From assembly GCA_965113315.1 (NCBI GenBank), contig OZ220367.1: 64,000 nucleotides of DNA; one strand, 5' to 3'. Positions 63,691 to 64,000 of this stretch are shown here, one piece after another (the first letter of the stretch is position 1; every line of letters starts with the position of its first letter). Below the pieces are notes generated by a model that saw only the letters and a list, made by a program, of their open reading frames with translations, searched no databases and was not told the DNA's origin. This DNA is from Podarcis vaucheri (lineage: Eukaryota). Made by a program: the position numbers and the translations under genes.

Positions 63691-63754
<64 letters not shown>
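63691..63754. repeat. Compound (GT)n(GA)n microsatellite
   Basis: Read directly. Confidence 0.95.
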
Positions 63755-63756
<2 letters not shown>

Positions 63757-64000
63757 TGTTTATCTGCAGATGAACAGACTGAGCATGGGAAGCAAGGCAG
63801 GCAACGGCAGCAAAGCAGCGTTAGTTTTGCCAAGAGCACAGGGCCAACCCTTTGTTGTCTTCATATTTACCCAGGCTTTTTAAACAGTTGCTGCTGGTGC
63901 GGTTTTATCAGACTGCATTGTTTTCCTTATTGTTTTCCTGTCATCACGAACAGTCTTGGGAACTTACACAATGAAGGGTGAAATAGATATAATATTTAAT

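Noticed and set aside
15600-64000. Remaining 60-170-aa ORFs in the track
   Set aside because: No recognisable domains or consistent exon chain; many overlap SINEs, MITEs or microsatellites. Small or divergent exons could have been missed by eye.

Overview
Vertebrate genomic DNA. The repeat landscape (Sauria SINEs, RTE-BovB, tRNA-Lys/CR1-tail SINEs, L2, hAT and Tc1/mariner MITEs) points to a squamate, probably a lacertid lizard. Bases 316-15549 hold the 3' half of an intron-containing DLG5-like MAGUK gene on the + strand (PDZ4-SH3-GUK) that looks pseudogenised: three frameshifts, a nonsense codon, a 12-nt deletion and three expected exons not found. I recognise no other host gene in 15.6-64 kb. 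The most striking structure is a young Penelope-like retroelement (PLE) cluster at 27.6-30.3 kb. It has seven near-identical 3'-terminal (pLTR) segments carrying minimal hammerhead-ribozyme motifs, in inverted and tandem order, every 3' end abutting (TA)n, plus a GIY-YIG endonuclease ORF and a telomerase-like stutter of the 3' end. A second, unrelated PLE-type hammerhead family occurs as 100-200-bp insertions elsewhere. Comparisons with human DLG5 and with repeat families are from memory, not from a search.
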